Assembly (NCBI GenBank): GCA_049975265.1
Contig: JBNGDF010000010.1
Coordinates: forward strand, 1-44,879
Direction of reading: 5' to 3'
DNA from: Fidelibacterota bacterium
GTDB taxonomy: Bacteria > Fidelibacterota > UBA2242
DNA length: 44,879 nt
Shown: one piece after another, positions 1 to 9,709 of the stretch
Position numbering within the stretch: position 1 is the stretch's first letter
How the letters are laid out: each line of letters opens with the position of its first letter
Translations under genes and position numbers: made by a program
The notes under the pieces: model-generated
The model's database searches: none
Seen by the model: the letters and a program-made list of their open reading frames with translations, nothing else
What the model was told of the DNA's origin: nothing

Positions 1-2
1 AG

Positions 3-278
3 GAAGCCCTAATTAAGCAGCATCCGAAATTGACCGACCACCGGATTCCATGCCCGCCATCGCTCAATCATCGCTATCTGACTGAAAATATACCCTTTGC
101 GCTGATCCCCTTTCTGGTGCTGGCGGCTGAACTGCAAATTCCAACCCCGCACATCCGGTCTGTCATTGACGGAGCTTCCCAAAAACTACAGCGTGATTTT
201 TATGCCACCGGTGCCGGGAAACGGGAACTGGGCATTGAAAATGTTCATCTTGGCGAATGGCTTAGCCGAATCAAATAA
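3..278 (+). CDS. C-terminal part of an NAD/NADP octopine/nopaline (opine) dehydrogenase family protein, truncated by the window edge
   Basis: Frame is open from position 3. HRYLTENIPFALIP...IPTPHIRSVI...DFYATG resembles the opine dehydrogenase C-terminal RY.tEDiP..L.P...PTP motif. Confidence 0.7.
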   Translation, partial: EALIKQHPKLTDHRIPCPPSLNHRYLTENIPFALIPFLVLAAELQIPTPHIRSVIDGASQKLQRDFYATGAGKRELGIENVHLGEWLSRIK

Positions 279-291
279 AAGGAGAAAAGCC

Positions 292-1980
292 GTGTCCACA
301 CCAAAAACCGAAGCATCCGGGACCAGACGAATCAGCCATCTGTTTATAACTCTCTGAAATGTCACCAAGGAGGGTATCATCGCCCAAAAGAAATTGCTGA
401 TTTCCAGCTTTATTCTCACCGCCTGCTCCTCAGCCGTCGTTCTGTTGGGACCTTACCTGATTAAACAGATCATTGACAAGGTCCTGCCGGCGAAAGATAT
501 TCGGCTGCTCGGTCGCTATGTTATCGCTCTGGTAGGTTCCTATTCGGTGGCTTTTCTAATCTGGTGTCTCCAGACGCGGTTCTCCGTCAAAGCCTCGGAA
601 AATATATTCTGCAAACTACGGGTGAAGCTGATTGACTCCATTATGCATAAGCCGGTGAAATTCTTTAACGAATATGCTTCCGGCGACCTGGTGACGCGCT
701 TTGCAAACGACCTGGAATATATTTCCACATTCTTCTATGAAAACCTGATCCGCTCACTGGCATTCGGTCTGTTCTCGTCAATCCTGATCATTGTACTGCT
801 TGCCTGGAACTGGCAATTGGGGATCTTATCGCTGATCACCATTCCGCTTTTGTTAATTTACATCTCCAAAACTCACAATCCCATTGCCGAACGCTCCGGC
901 TTTGCCCGGCGCAAATTAGCGGAGCAAAACGATTCATTGCTCGACATTCTCGCCGGGTACAAGGAAATTCGCTTTTTTAAACAGGAAAAACGACTGCTCG
1001 CCCCCTTCAAAAAGACCGCCGACAATTATACCGATGCAGCCATCCGGGCAAACACTTTCACGGAGTTTACCCGCATCGGGATTGACATTCTGGGCATGTT
1101 GATCTCTTTTCTGCCCTTTATTATCGGCGGGCTGCTGGTGTGCCTCGGCAACAACAAAATCACCGCTGGCTTGCTGATCGCCTATTATCAAATCCTGACC
1201 ATTCTGACCGGGCAGGTTCTGTTTAGTTTTATGGGCATTACCAAACTTGCCCAGGTGCTACCGGTGCTGGAGCGTATCAGGGAGATTACCGATTATCCCG
1301 TCGAATCGGAAACCGGGGAAATGGGGATCAGCGATATTCCGGAGTCCAGTGAGATTATATTTCAAAATGTCGGGTTTGCCTACCCGTCGGGGAAAAATGT
1401 ATTCATGGATTTTAACCTGACTGTCAAGCCGGCGGAGAAAATCGCCATCATGGGAACGAGCGGCTCAGGGAAAAGCACTCTTTCACTTCTGCTTCTGAGA
1501 TTTTTGAATCCCACAAGCGGCAGAATTTTTTTCGGTGGCAAAGATATCCGGGATTATGCTCTCTCCTTCTATCTGTCCTTTTTTTCCTTTATGAGTCAGG
1601 ATACTTTTCTGTTTAAACAGTCACTGGTTGAAAATATTTCCCTTGGCTGGTACAACGTCCCCATGGAATACATTCAAGCCATTGCCAAAATGGTCCGCAT
1701 GGACAAAATCATTGAAAGCCTGCCGGATCAATACCAGTCGATCGTCGGACAGAACGGATTGAGTTTTTCCGGCGGTCAAAAACAACGTCTGGCATTGGCA
1801 CGGGCGCTGATCCGTGACCCTGAAATATTGGTACTGGATGAATTCACCTCAGCCCTGGATCGCGACGTTGAGCAGGAAATCCTGACCGACCTGCTGAACG
1901 TCTTTCAAAATCAGACCATTATCTGTATCACACATTCACTGACGGTCGCCGAAAAGTTCGATCGCATTGTACGTTTGTAA
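292..1980 (+). CDS. ABC exporter, fused TMD+NBD (MsbA/MdlB type). Best start GTG292 is followed by an in-frame TGA at 355-357; the uninterrupted ORF is 394..1980
   Basis: N-terminal TM helices, Walker A GTSGSGKS, signature FSGGQKQR, Walker B LVLDE, H-loop ITH. SD AAGGAG at 279-284 precedes GTG292. Confidence 0.85.
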
Positions 1981-2026
1981 AACGACATCGCTGATTCTAA
2001 CTTCAAAACCGATAGCAAAATACTTT

Positions 2027-3106
2027 TTATCCGAATAATTGTTTCAGCAAAGGTATAAATTTATGATTCGCCTTCGGGAAGGGAAACCGGTCTAATTCTT
2101 CAATTCCGACCCAGCGGAAATCTACGGGACCTTTCAGCTGTACTTCGCCCCGGATATAATCGCAAATGAAGACATCTACTTCGATTTTGAAATGACTGTA
2201 GGCATGCCGCACCTGCGTTAAAAACCGTTCGATTTTAACGGTCAAGCCGGTCTCCTCAAGAACTTCCCGCCGGCAGGCGCTTTCGGCACTCTCTCCATCT
2301 TTCATCTTACCACCGGGAAATTCCCATAATCCGCCCAGCAGACCGGTCTCTTCTCTCTGGGTAATCAATAGTTTCCCGTTTTTGTGAATGACACCCACGG
2401 CAATGTGGTACGTTGGTACCTCCTTTTTTGAAATTCGCCGTGGATAGTCTTCCACTCTGCCGCTCTGATGAGCACAACAGCAATTTCCAACCGGGCATTC
2501 ACCACAAACCGGATTGGTCGGTCGACAAATAATTGCACCCAGTTCCATCAGCGCCTGATTATGATTGCCGGGATTTCTCCCGTCCAGCATATTTCCGGCA
2601 AGTGTTTGATAATGCCTCTGTGAAGTGGGATCGTTGGTCGCCTTATCAACACAATACAGACGTGACAAGACCCGTTTAACATTGCCGTCAAGAACAGCAA
2701 AGGGCTGTGAAAATGCAATACTGGCAATCGCCGCTGCGATATATTCCCCGACACCGGGCAGCGCCACGATATCAGCAAAGTCCTTCGGAAATTCCCCTTT
2801 ATATCTATCAGTAATGAAGCGGGCAGCCTGATGCAGATGGTGCACCCGGCGGTAATACCCCAGTCCCTCCCACATTTTCAGAACGTCCTGCCGATCGGCA
2901 GCCGCCAGAGAATTTATATCGGGAAATCGCTGTATGAAACGCCGATAATACGGAATAATCGTCCCAACCCGAGTCTGCTGTGCCATGACTTCGGAAACCC
3001 AGATATGGTACGGATTGTTCGTCCGGCGCCAGGGTAATTCCCGGTGATTACACTGATACCAATCAAGTAGCGCTTTTTGGATGACCTTTTTTCCCACATT
3101 TTTCAT
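2027..3106 (-). CDS. mutY: A/G-specific adenine glycosylase MutY with C-terminal Nudix domain
   Basis: R.LPWR, WVSEVMAQQT, WEGLGYY, HhH LPGVGEY, DGNVKRVL, Fe-S motif CRPTNPVCGECP...C. Confidence 0.95.
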   Translation of the reverse strand: MKNVGKKVIQKALLDWYQCNHRELPWRRTNNPYHIWVSEVMAQQTRVGTIIPYYRRFIQRFPDINSLAAADRQDVLKMWEGLGYYRRVHHLHQAARFITDRYKGEFPKDFADIVALPGVGEYIAAAIASIAFSQPFAVLDGNVKRVLSRLYCVDKATNDPTSQRHYQTLAGNMLDGRNPGNHNQALMELGAIICRPTNPVCGECPVGNCCCAHQSGRVEDYPRRISKKEVPTYHIAVGVIHKNGKLLITQREETGLLGGLWEFPGGKMKDGESAESACRREVLEETGLTVKIERFLTQVRHAYSHFKIEVDVFICDYIRGEVQLKGPVDFRWVGIEELDRFPFPKANHKFIPLLKQLFG

Positions 3107-3133
3107 CTGAAAACTTTTTGAAATTTACCAAAT

Positions 3134-3166
3134 AAAAAAGCCCCACGCCGTGACATGAGGCTTTTC
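3134..3166 (-). terminator. Rho-independent terminator of the epimerase gene
   Basis: Minus strand AGCCTCATG-TCACGG-CGTGGGGCT hairpin followed by a T run. Confidence 0.75.
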
Positions 3167-3185
3167 TGATTTATTTCACCATTGA

Positions 3186-4319
3186 TCAGGCTTCTCTGAC
3201 GCCGATGCCCGGATTGTCGTTGACAACTACATGACCATCGACGAGTGTCGCACCCACATAGGGATCATTGCTGATCAACAGGTTACCGTCCAGATCGGCG
3301 TAATCAATCAGCGAGCAGAGCTGGGCGGCTGCCGTAATTGCCACCGAACTTTCGATCATGCACCCGATCATGATTTTCATCCCCAGGGATTTCGCCAGCC
3401 AGATCATCCGCAGAGCCTCCTGTAGTCCCCCGGATTTCATCAGTTTAATATTAATTCCGTCATAGGCTTCCGCCAGGGTTGGAATGTCACGCGCCGATTT
3501 GACGGCTTCGTCGGCGATGATCGGCACGGGCGAGCGATCCCGCAACCAGGCTGTCTCCTCCAGCATATATGACGGCATCGGTTGCTCAATAAACTCCACA
3601 CCGTTTTCCACCAGCCATTCGATTTTACGGATTGCCACATCTTTATCGGTCCAGCCCTCATTGGCATCTACCCGGATTGGTTTGTAGGGTGCCACCGAAC
3701 GTACCGCTTTAATGAACTCTTCATCATTCGGTTTGCCAACCTTGACCTTCAGAATTTTATAGGGCTCAGCCTCTTTCGTCTTTTGAGCCATCACGTCGGG
3801 TGTATCAATTCCGATGGAAAAAGAGGTCAGCGGTGATTTCTCCGGATCGAGTCCCCAGAGTTTGTAAAGCGGCTGCCGCAGGGCTTTCCCGACCCAGTCC
3901 ATCAGCGCAATGTCGAGGGCACACTTCCCGGCAGTCTGACCTTCGCAAAGTTTCTGGATGGCATAGCCCAATTCCACAAATGTAAATGGATCGGCACCGG
4001 CAAACAGTGGAATTGCTTTTTTCAGCAGCTCTATCGTGGACTCAGGCGTCTCATCGTAACGGACATTGGGAGCGGCTTCGCCGATACCGATAATGCCGTC
4101 CTTTTCCAGTTTTACAAATACATTCTGCTTGAAATCGCTGGAATTTCTGGCGATCGTCCAGGTGTGTCTCAGATTCAACTGCTTGATTTCGTAGCTCAGC
4201 TTCATACCGCTTCCTTTCGTAAATTTGTGCTTCGAGCAGGCAATTCCTCCAAAACCCGATGTTATCCCCGTTGCCATTGCCGCCGCACCGACTGTCTTTA
4301 AAAAATCCCTTCGCTCCAT
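3186..4319 (-). CDS. Dipeptide (L-Ala-D/L-Glu type) epimerase, enolase superfamily, with Tat-like leader
   Basis: G.GEAAP, KVKVG (KxK), RVDANEGW, IEQP, ADEA, NIKL.K.GG, GCMIES, DLDG motifs. N-terminus MERRDFLK. Confidence 0.9.
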   Translation of the reverse strand: MERRDFLKTVGAAAMATGITSGFGGIACSKHKFTKGSGMKLSYEIKQLNLRHTWTIARNSSDFKQNVFVKLEKDGIIGIGEAAPNVRYDETPESTIELLKKAIPLFAGADPFTFVELGYAIQKLCEGQTAGKCALDIALMDWVGKALRQPLYKLWGLDPEKSPLTSFSIGIDTPDVMAQKTKEAEPYKILKVKVGKPNDEEFIKAVRSVAPYKPIRVDANEGWTDKDVAIRKIEWLVENGVEFIEQPMPSYMLEETAWLRDRSPVPIIADEAVKSARDIPTLAEAYDGINIKLMKSGGLQEALRMIWLAKSLGMKIMIGCMIESSVAITAAAQLCSLIDYADLDGNLLISNDPYVGATLVDGHVVVNDNPGIGVREA

Positions 4320-4473
4320 GGCATCTCCTCACTATTTCAGATACTGTTAGTTTTGTAAATTTACATTCTCCGATGCATTAACACAAGAAATCTTTGATTC
4401 CTTGCCCGGTTTCCTTTTATCCGTTAAATTCCGGCAACATTATGAAACATCTGGATCATATAGAGAAGTCGCT

Positions 4474-5877
4474 GTGAAACTGACCACTATCAAAGCCCCA
4501 AACACCTATTTGCTGATTTTCAGTATAATTATCATCACCGCCGGACTGACCTGGTTGATTCCCAGCGGTGAATACAACCGTACTGAGATGGATGGGCGCA
4601 GTGTCGTGGTGCCCGGTTCCTACCAGCCGGTTGAGAGCAATCCGCAGGGAATTTGGGCAATTCTGAAAGCGCCGATCCGCGGTTTCACCGACAAAAGCGC
4701 CGCATTGATTGTGGGATTCGTTTTGATTGTGGGCGGTGTCTTTGCCGTCCTTGAAAAGACCAAAGCGATTGACGCAGCTATCAAGGCGATCGTCAATGCC
4801 CATACACGTTCACCACTCATCGAAATCCTGTTTATTCCCATCTTTATGGTCATCTTTTCCATCGGCGGTGGCAGCTTCGGCATGGGCGAAGAGGTTATTC
4901 CCTTCATTTTGATCTTTGTACCGTTATCCCTGGCGCTGGGCTACGATTCCATTGTAGGTGTCGCAATTCCTTTCGTGGGCGCCGGTTCCGGTTTTGCGGG
5001 TGCCTTTCTGAATCCTTTTACCATCGGCATAGCACAGCAGATCGCCGAGCTGCCGCTTTTTTCGGGAATCGTTTACAGACTTATCTGCTGGCTCATCTGC
5101 ACGGCGGTAGCAATTGCCTTTGTCATGCTGTATGCCTTAAAAATCAGGAAATCGCCGCAGAAGAGCGTCACGTTCGAAATGGATAAGCGAAAACGAAAAA
5201 ATCTGCATCTGGGCGATATGGAGTACTTTCAGGGTGTCGAAAGGCACCATAAACTGGCGCTCTGGGTCTTTGCTATCGGTATGCTCGGCATGATTTTCGG
5301 CGTGCTGAAATATCAGTGGTATATCGAAGAAATCTGCGCCGTATTTTTTCTGACAGGCATTATCATCGGAATCGTCGGAAGACTGTCTGTCAGGGAATTC
5401 AGCGACGCCTTTGTCGCCGGTGCCAAAGATATGGTCGCTACGGCGTTGATTATCGTACTGGCACGGGGTATTCTGATCATTGCGGAAGACGGGCGGATCA
5501 TCGATACGATGCTGAGCGGGCTGGCGGGTTCGATTCAGAATCTGCACCCTGTTGTATCATCGCAGGCTATGTTCGTGATTCATTCGATAATCAATTTCTT
5601 CGTGCCGTCAGGCAGTGCCAAAGCCGCCCTGACGATGCCGATCATGGTGCCGCTCGCCGACCTGGTGGGGGTCACCCGGCAAACGGCTGTTTTGGCGTTT
5701 CAATTCGGTGACGGATTCAGCAATATGATTATTCCCACTTCCGGCATCACCATGGGCGTGCTGAGCCTCTCGGGTATTTCCTGGGAAAAATGGGCAAAAT
5801 GGCTGCTGCCGCTGGAGGTGGTTTTTCTGATTGTCGGATTCCTGCTGTTGATTCCACCCTACTTCACAGGATGGTAA
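4474..5877 (+). CDS. YfcC / DcuC-family anaerobic C4-dicarboxylate or basic-amino-acid transporter
   Basis: Polytopic membrane protein with PNTY, LTWLIPSGEY, NPFTIGIAQ.IAELP.FSG, PSGS..A..TMPI and AFQFGDG motifs. Probable GTG start at 4474. Confidence 0.85.
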   Translation: MKLTTIKAPNTYLLIFSIIIITAGLTWLIPSGEYNRTEMDGRSVVVPGSYQPVESNPQGIWAILKAPIRGFTDKSAALIVGFVLIVGGVFAVLEKTKAIDAAIKAIVNAHTRSPLIEILFIPIFMVIFSIGGGSFGMGEEVIPFILIFVPLSLALGYDSIVGVAIPFVGAGSGFAGAFLNPFTIGIAQQIAELPLFSGIVYRLICWLICTAVAIAFVMLYALKIRKSPQKSVTFEMDKRKRKNLHLGDMEYFQGVERHHKLALWVFAIGMLGMIFGVLKYQWYIEEICAVFFLTGIIIGIVGRLSVREFSDAFVAGAKDMVATALIIVLARGILIIAEDGRIIDTMLSGLAGSIQNLHPVVSSQAMFVIHSIINFFVPSGSAKAALTMPIMVPLADLVGVTRQTAVLAFQFGDGFSNMIIPTSGITMGVLSLSGISWEKWAKWLLPLEVVFLIVGFLLLIPPYFTGW

Positions 5878-5921
5878 TGCATGTATAAATCAAAGAGGAT
5901 AAAGCCAGAGGAATTTGTTTG

Positions 5922-6113
5922 ATGACGAAATACTGTGATCTCAGCTGCCAATATGCCCGTTTCCCGGATAAACTGTCCGACGGGTCGCTTACCTGCCGGA
6001 CATTTATCGGATTGTATTGTGAAAAATTACAACGAATTGTACCGAAAAACGCACCATGCCAGGCGGAAATTGAATCATTGGACAACCGCGACTCAGAATC
6101 CCCTGAGAAATAG
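5922..6113 (+). CDS. Small Cys-rich hypothetical protein
   Basis: GAGGA SD at about 5908-5912. Five Cys (CDLSC..C..C..C). Fills the gap between two genes without overlap. Confidence 0.6.
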   Translation: MTKYCDLSCQYARFPDKLSDGSLTCRTFIGLYCEKLQRIVPKNAPCQAEIESLDNRDSESPEK

Positions 6114-6143
6114 AAGCGTTATCAACGGATCGTACAATTCAGC

Positions 6144-8477
6144 TTACAGTTTTACCGATAACGAAACAAAGGCGTTCCGCGTGGCACCGGGCCAGTAATA
6201 CGCCCAATACCCTTCCCATTCATATCCGTAACCGTAGGTAGAATAGAGAACGTCGAAGATGTTGTTGACCTTCGCGCTGATTTCCAGATGCTTGAAATCG
6301 ATCCGGACTCCCCCGTCGAAAATCAGATAGTCGGAATTCTTGCCGATATTCTCATCATCGATATACTGTTTTCCGACATAACGGGTTGTGATATACATAC
6401 TCAGAAAATTGAGTGGTTTCACCGTCACAATGCCATTAAAGAGCAGATTCGGAACATTGGGGATGCGATTACCCTGCAGCTCTCCGCTGCTGAAAATGTG
6501 GTTGCCGAGACTGCCGTTGAGACTGATGCTCCAGCGCGGATGAGCCTGCAGACCCAGCGCCACCTCCAGTCCCTGATGCAACGTCCGGTCCGCCTGATAA
6601 TACTCGTACTCGCCTTCCTGCTCCACGTCAATATTTTTCAATTGCTCATTATCAAAGTCAATCCGGAAGGCATTCGCCTTGATTGACAGACGCTGGCTCC
6701 TGAACTGAAAACCGCATTCATGATCGTCAATCGCCTCCGCCGCCGCCATTACCGGCTCGCTGGTCACGTCATCGGCATTTATGATCTGATCATCCGCCGG
6801 TTCTTTGTGGGCTTTGCCGTAATTGGCAAATACAGATAGCTGCTCATTCACCCGGTACATGGCACCGAAACGAGGGTTGATAAAATTCCAGTCGGCAGAG
6901 AGTTGATGTCCGGCGGCATGACCGATTTTATGTTGGTCCAATTGCCATTGATGCCGCTGATACTGCAAATCAGCCATCAGAGTCAGAGCATCTGTGACGT
7001 AAATAGCAGCATGCAGGAAAGCGGTAGCGGAAAGTTTTTCTCCAATGTAATTGTAATATTGATACCAATCCGACCCAATGGTACTGAGCAACTCATCCTC
7101 GGAGAAATTTTTCACCCTCCCGTAGTGATCACCGACAAAAGACCGTAATTCCATCCCTGCATCAATCCGGGACCGTCCCCGCAGAAAGGTAACGCCCGGC
7201 GTGATCCCAAAATAGCGGTTCTCAACCCATTTCCGCCTCAGCAGGTCCGTCTCCAACGTCCATTCGACGGAATCGGGATATTGGTCTGTCACATCGAGAT
7301 TATATTTATAGTAATTCTCGCCCGATTTTACCACCTCGTAGTAGCCGCTGCCCATTACCAGATAAGCCACATTCCGAAAAACCAGACCGGAATGGATTTG
7401 ATACAGGGTGTTCAAAGAGTAAATCTGCTGCAGAAAATCATCGGTGTAAGCCTTGTAACCCTGACGTCGGGTCTTTCGGTTTTTAATATCCACCGCCGGA
7501 ACACCGTCCCAGGCGAGATTGGCATTTTCGTAGCCGATCAATACCCGCAGCTGATTTTTCATCGCCCTGTGACGATGTTCAATCCCCGCCGCAAAGGCTT
7601 TCTGGCGGCTGTCATGATATTCCCGGTATCCATCGGAGCTGATTGCCGAAAAACGGGCATAGACGCTGAGATTTTCGCCCATTTTTTCACCGGAATTCGC
7701 CTGCAGACTGATCTTCTGGGTATTATAAGTCCCATAACCGGTGGTCAGCGCCAATTCAGGTTCTGGCTGAGCAATCCGGGTCTGGACATTGATAGAGCCG
7801 CCAAACGCCGCTGCACCGTAGAGGCTGTTACCAATCCCCCGTTGAATCTGGATATCGTGTGCATCGGCGAGAATATCGGCGTGATCCACCCAGTAGACCT
7901 GATGGCTTTCGTTGTCGTTGAGCGGAACATTATCCAGCATTACAGCAATGCGGCTCTGGTCAAATCCCCGAATCTGAACATAGGAATAGCCAGTGCCGTT
8001 ACCACTTTCACTGTAGGAATAGACACCCGGCTCCAATGCCAGAATCATGGGCACATCTTCAACGGTATATCGCATTTCGATCTCTTCGGCAGAGACATTG
8101 GAAAATGCCACCGGAGTGACTCCCTCAATAGCACGAGTCACCGTTACCAGGACATCCCGCCCGGGAAGAACGGTCGGCATTAACCGGATTATCCCGAGAT
8201 TTTTCGAATGAATGATAAGAGTGGTGTCCCGGAAAGCGATGTGGGAAATCGTGATTTTCCCTCCAATACCCGCGGCACTCAGCAGAAATTTTCCCGCCCT
8301 GTCGGTAATGGTCCCACTCTCATCTTCCAGGATTACATTGGCATAGGCAACCGGTTCACCACTGTCTGCCGCGATTACCTTACCGCTGATGGTTATATCG
8401 CCGGCATACAGAGATGCCATCATGCTGATGCAGAGGCATGTGATCAAAAAAACTTGGGTGTTTCGTTGGATAATCAT
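6144..8477 (-). CDS. TonB-dependent outer-membrane receptor, probably for thiamine or precursor uptake
   Basis: Signal peptide, CarboxypepD-like N-domain, plug motifs IRGFDQSRI and QRG.G.S.YG..A.GG.IN, C-terminal alternating beta strand. ATG8477 with GGAGG SD; TPP riboswitch upstream. Confidence 0.9.
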   Translation of the reverse strand: MIIQRNTQVFLITCLCISMMASLYAGDITISGKVIAADSGEPVAYANVILEDESGTITDRAGKFLLSAAGIGGKITISHIAFRDTTLIIHSKNLGIIRLMPTVLPGRDVLVTVTRAIEGVTPVAFSNVSAEEIEMRYTVEDVPMILALEPGVYSYSESGNGTGYSYVQIRGFDQSRIAVMLDNVPLNDNESHQVYWVDHADILADAHDIQIQRGIGNSLYGAAAFGGSINVQTRIAQPEPELALTTGYGTYNTQKISLQANSGEKMGENLSVYARFSAISSDGYREYHDSRQKAFAAGIEHRHRAMKNQLRVLIGYENANLAWDGVPAVDIKNRKTRRQGYKAYTDDFLQQIYSLNTLYQIHSGLVFRNVAYLVMGSGYYEVVKSGENYYKYNLDVTDQYPDSVEWTLETDLLRRKWVENRYFGITPGVTFLRGRSRIDAGMELRSFVGDHYGRVKNFSEDELLSTIGSDWYQYYNYIGEKLSATAFLHAAIYVTDALTLMADLQYQRHQWQLDQHKIGHAAGHQLSADWNFINPRFGAMYRVNEQLSVFANYGKAHKEPADDQIINADDVTSEPVMAAAEAIDDHECGFQFRSQRLSIKANAFRIDFDNEQLKNIDVEQEGEYEYYQADRTLHQGLEVALGLQAHPRWSISLNGSLGNHIFSSGELQGNRIPNVPNLLFNGIVTVKPLNFLSMYITTRYVGKQYIDDENIGKNSDYLIFDGGVRIDFKHLEISAKVNNIFDVLYSTYGYGYEWEGYWAYYWPGATRNAFVSLSVKL

Positions 8478-8482
8478 ATTTC

Positions 8483-8563
8483 CTCCCTTCGCTGGTATTA
8501 TCCAGATCAGGTTCATAGGGTATTTTCTCAGCTGAGCGTCAAACCGGCTCAGCACCCCTGGAC
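8483..8563 (-). ncRNA. TPP (THI-box) riboswitch
   Basis: Minus strand GGGGTGC..CTGAGA..ATACCC..GAACCTGATCTGGATAATACCAGCGAAGGGA contains the conserved TPP aptamer blocks. TATAAT lies just upstream (8569-8574). Confidence 0.95.
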
Positions 8564-8625
8564 CGTCAATTATAAAATATCTTTTTATTAATAGAAATCA
8601 AACAGATATAAATTTCTATAAATTA

Positions 8626-8808
8626 TTACTTTGTATATAAACTTGAACTGCAGCTCCATTTTCCGGCAGTTGAGTGAATATTGACATGCTTTTTTTTCAC
8701 AAAAGGAGCAATTTCTTTCATAATTTTTTGGAAATTCTCATTAGAGTTCGAAAATCCCTTCCTATCAGTTATATTTTTAATTTTCTTGGTATTTTTATTA
8801 TTTTCCAT
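8626..8808 (-). CDS. Small basic hypothetical protein in the AT-rich insert
   Basis: ATG starts 1 nt after the upstream stop, with AAAGGAGG SD formed by the last codons of the upstream gene. Confidence 0.6.
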   Translation of the reverse strand: MENNKNTKKIKNITDRKGFSNSNENFQKIMKEIAPFVKKKHVNIHSTAGKWSCSSSLYTK

Positions 8809-8809
8809 A

Positions 8810-9709
8810 TTATCCTCCCTTTATCCCAACAATAAATGAATTATTTTTATTTTCAACACATTTTGATACACTAGTTGATACAAAGTTATTCGTTCTAATA
8901 TATAATTCATGAATTAGTTCCCATTTTTTATCATGAATATCAATTTTTTTTATCACCAACCCACACTTTTCTGCGTCATCTCTATATATTGGCCGTCCAT
9001 GTGTTTTAGTAGCTCTTGGACTTAAAAATATTCCAATCCTTCTTTTAATAATTTTTTCATCAATTGATTTTAACATCCCAGATGCTAAGGTTCTAATTGC
9101 AATATCCTCGGACAAAGACAAAGAAGCTTTATATTCCTTAATTTCTCTTGCATCATAATGAGATAACTGTTGAAGGTATGGTTCTAAATTTCCTTTCGAT
9201 TTTACCGCATCTCGAAATAAACTATCATAGCTTTTTACAATATTATAAATAGAAAATCTTCTAATTTGACCATTTTCAGTTATTGCAAGTTAAGGATCAA
9301 TAGGTCCTAATTCTGACGTAGCACCCATATAAATCTCATTAGCACCAAAACAAATCATTGTTGCAGCAGATTTTGCTTTTCCAGGAACAATCACTCTGTA
9401 TCCTTTTTCTCCACTATAACTTCTACAAACATTAATAATTCTCTCTGCTGCTAGACCATCACCTCCCGGCGAATTAATAATTAATACTAACCCATTAGTA
9501 CAATCCATAGTACGTAGTATACCCTCAATCATATCTGCATCGTCATTTTCTATCATCACCGGAAATCGAAAACTCGTGAAAAATGATATTACTGGCCTTT
9601 CAAATATTTTCTCCAAACTGATAAAAATATCTCGTCTTGTTTCATGTCCCTGATTTTGTTCAGTGAGTACTCTTTTAATAACAGGATCTGATATTATTTT
9701 TTCTCTCAT
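8810..9709 (-). pseudogene. SDH_sah / ClpP-class serine protease gene interrupted by a single in-frame TAA at 9290-9292
   Basis: ORFs 9290..9709 and 8810..9121 share a frame. Motifs SPGG, AKSAATMI, SELGPIDP*(expected Q), THGRPI. The frame stays open after the TAA to give about 299 codons. Confidence 0.8.

Noticed and set aside
355..357. Selenocysteine or genome-wide UGA recoding as the explanation for the in-frame TGA
   Set aside because: No Cys-type catalytic context or evident SECIS hairpin. Many intact genes here end in TGA, and the other interruption (9290) is TAA.
7281..8183. 300-aa plus-strand ORF, and similar ORFs at 29482..30291 and 38464..39129
   Set aside because: Antisense shadows of well-supported genes, with no recognisable motifs.
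8478..8555. N-terminal extension of the TonB receptor in the ORF track; likewise extensions of rnfC, PreP, yfcC, lapA and groEL
   Set aside because: It runs through the riboswitch. Downstream starts have better SD or signal-peptide context.
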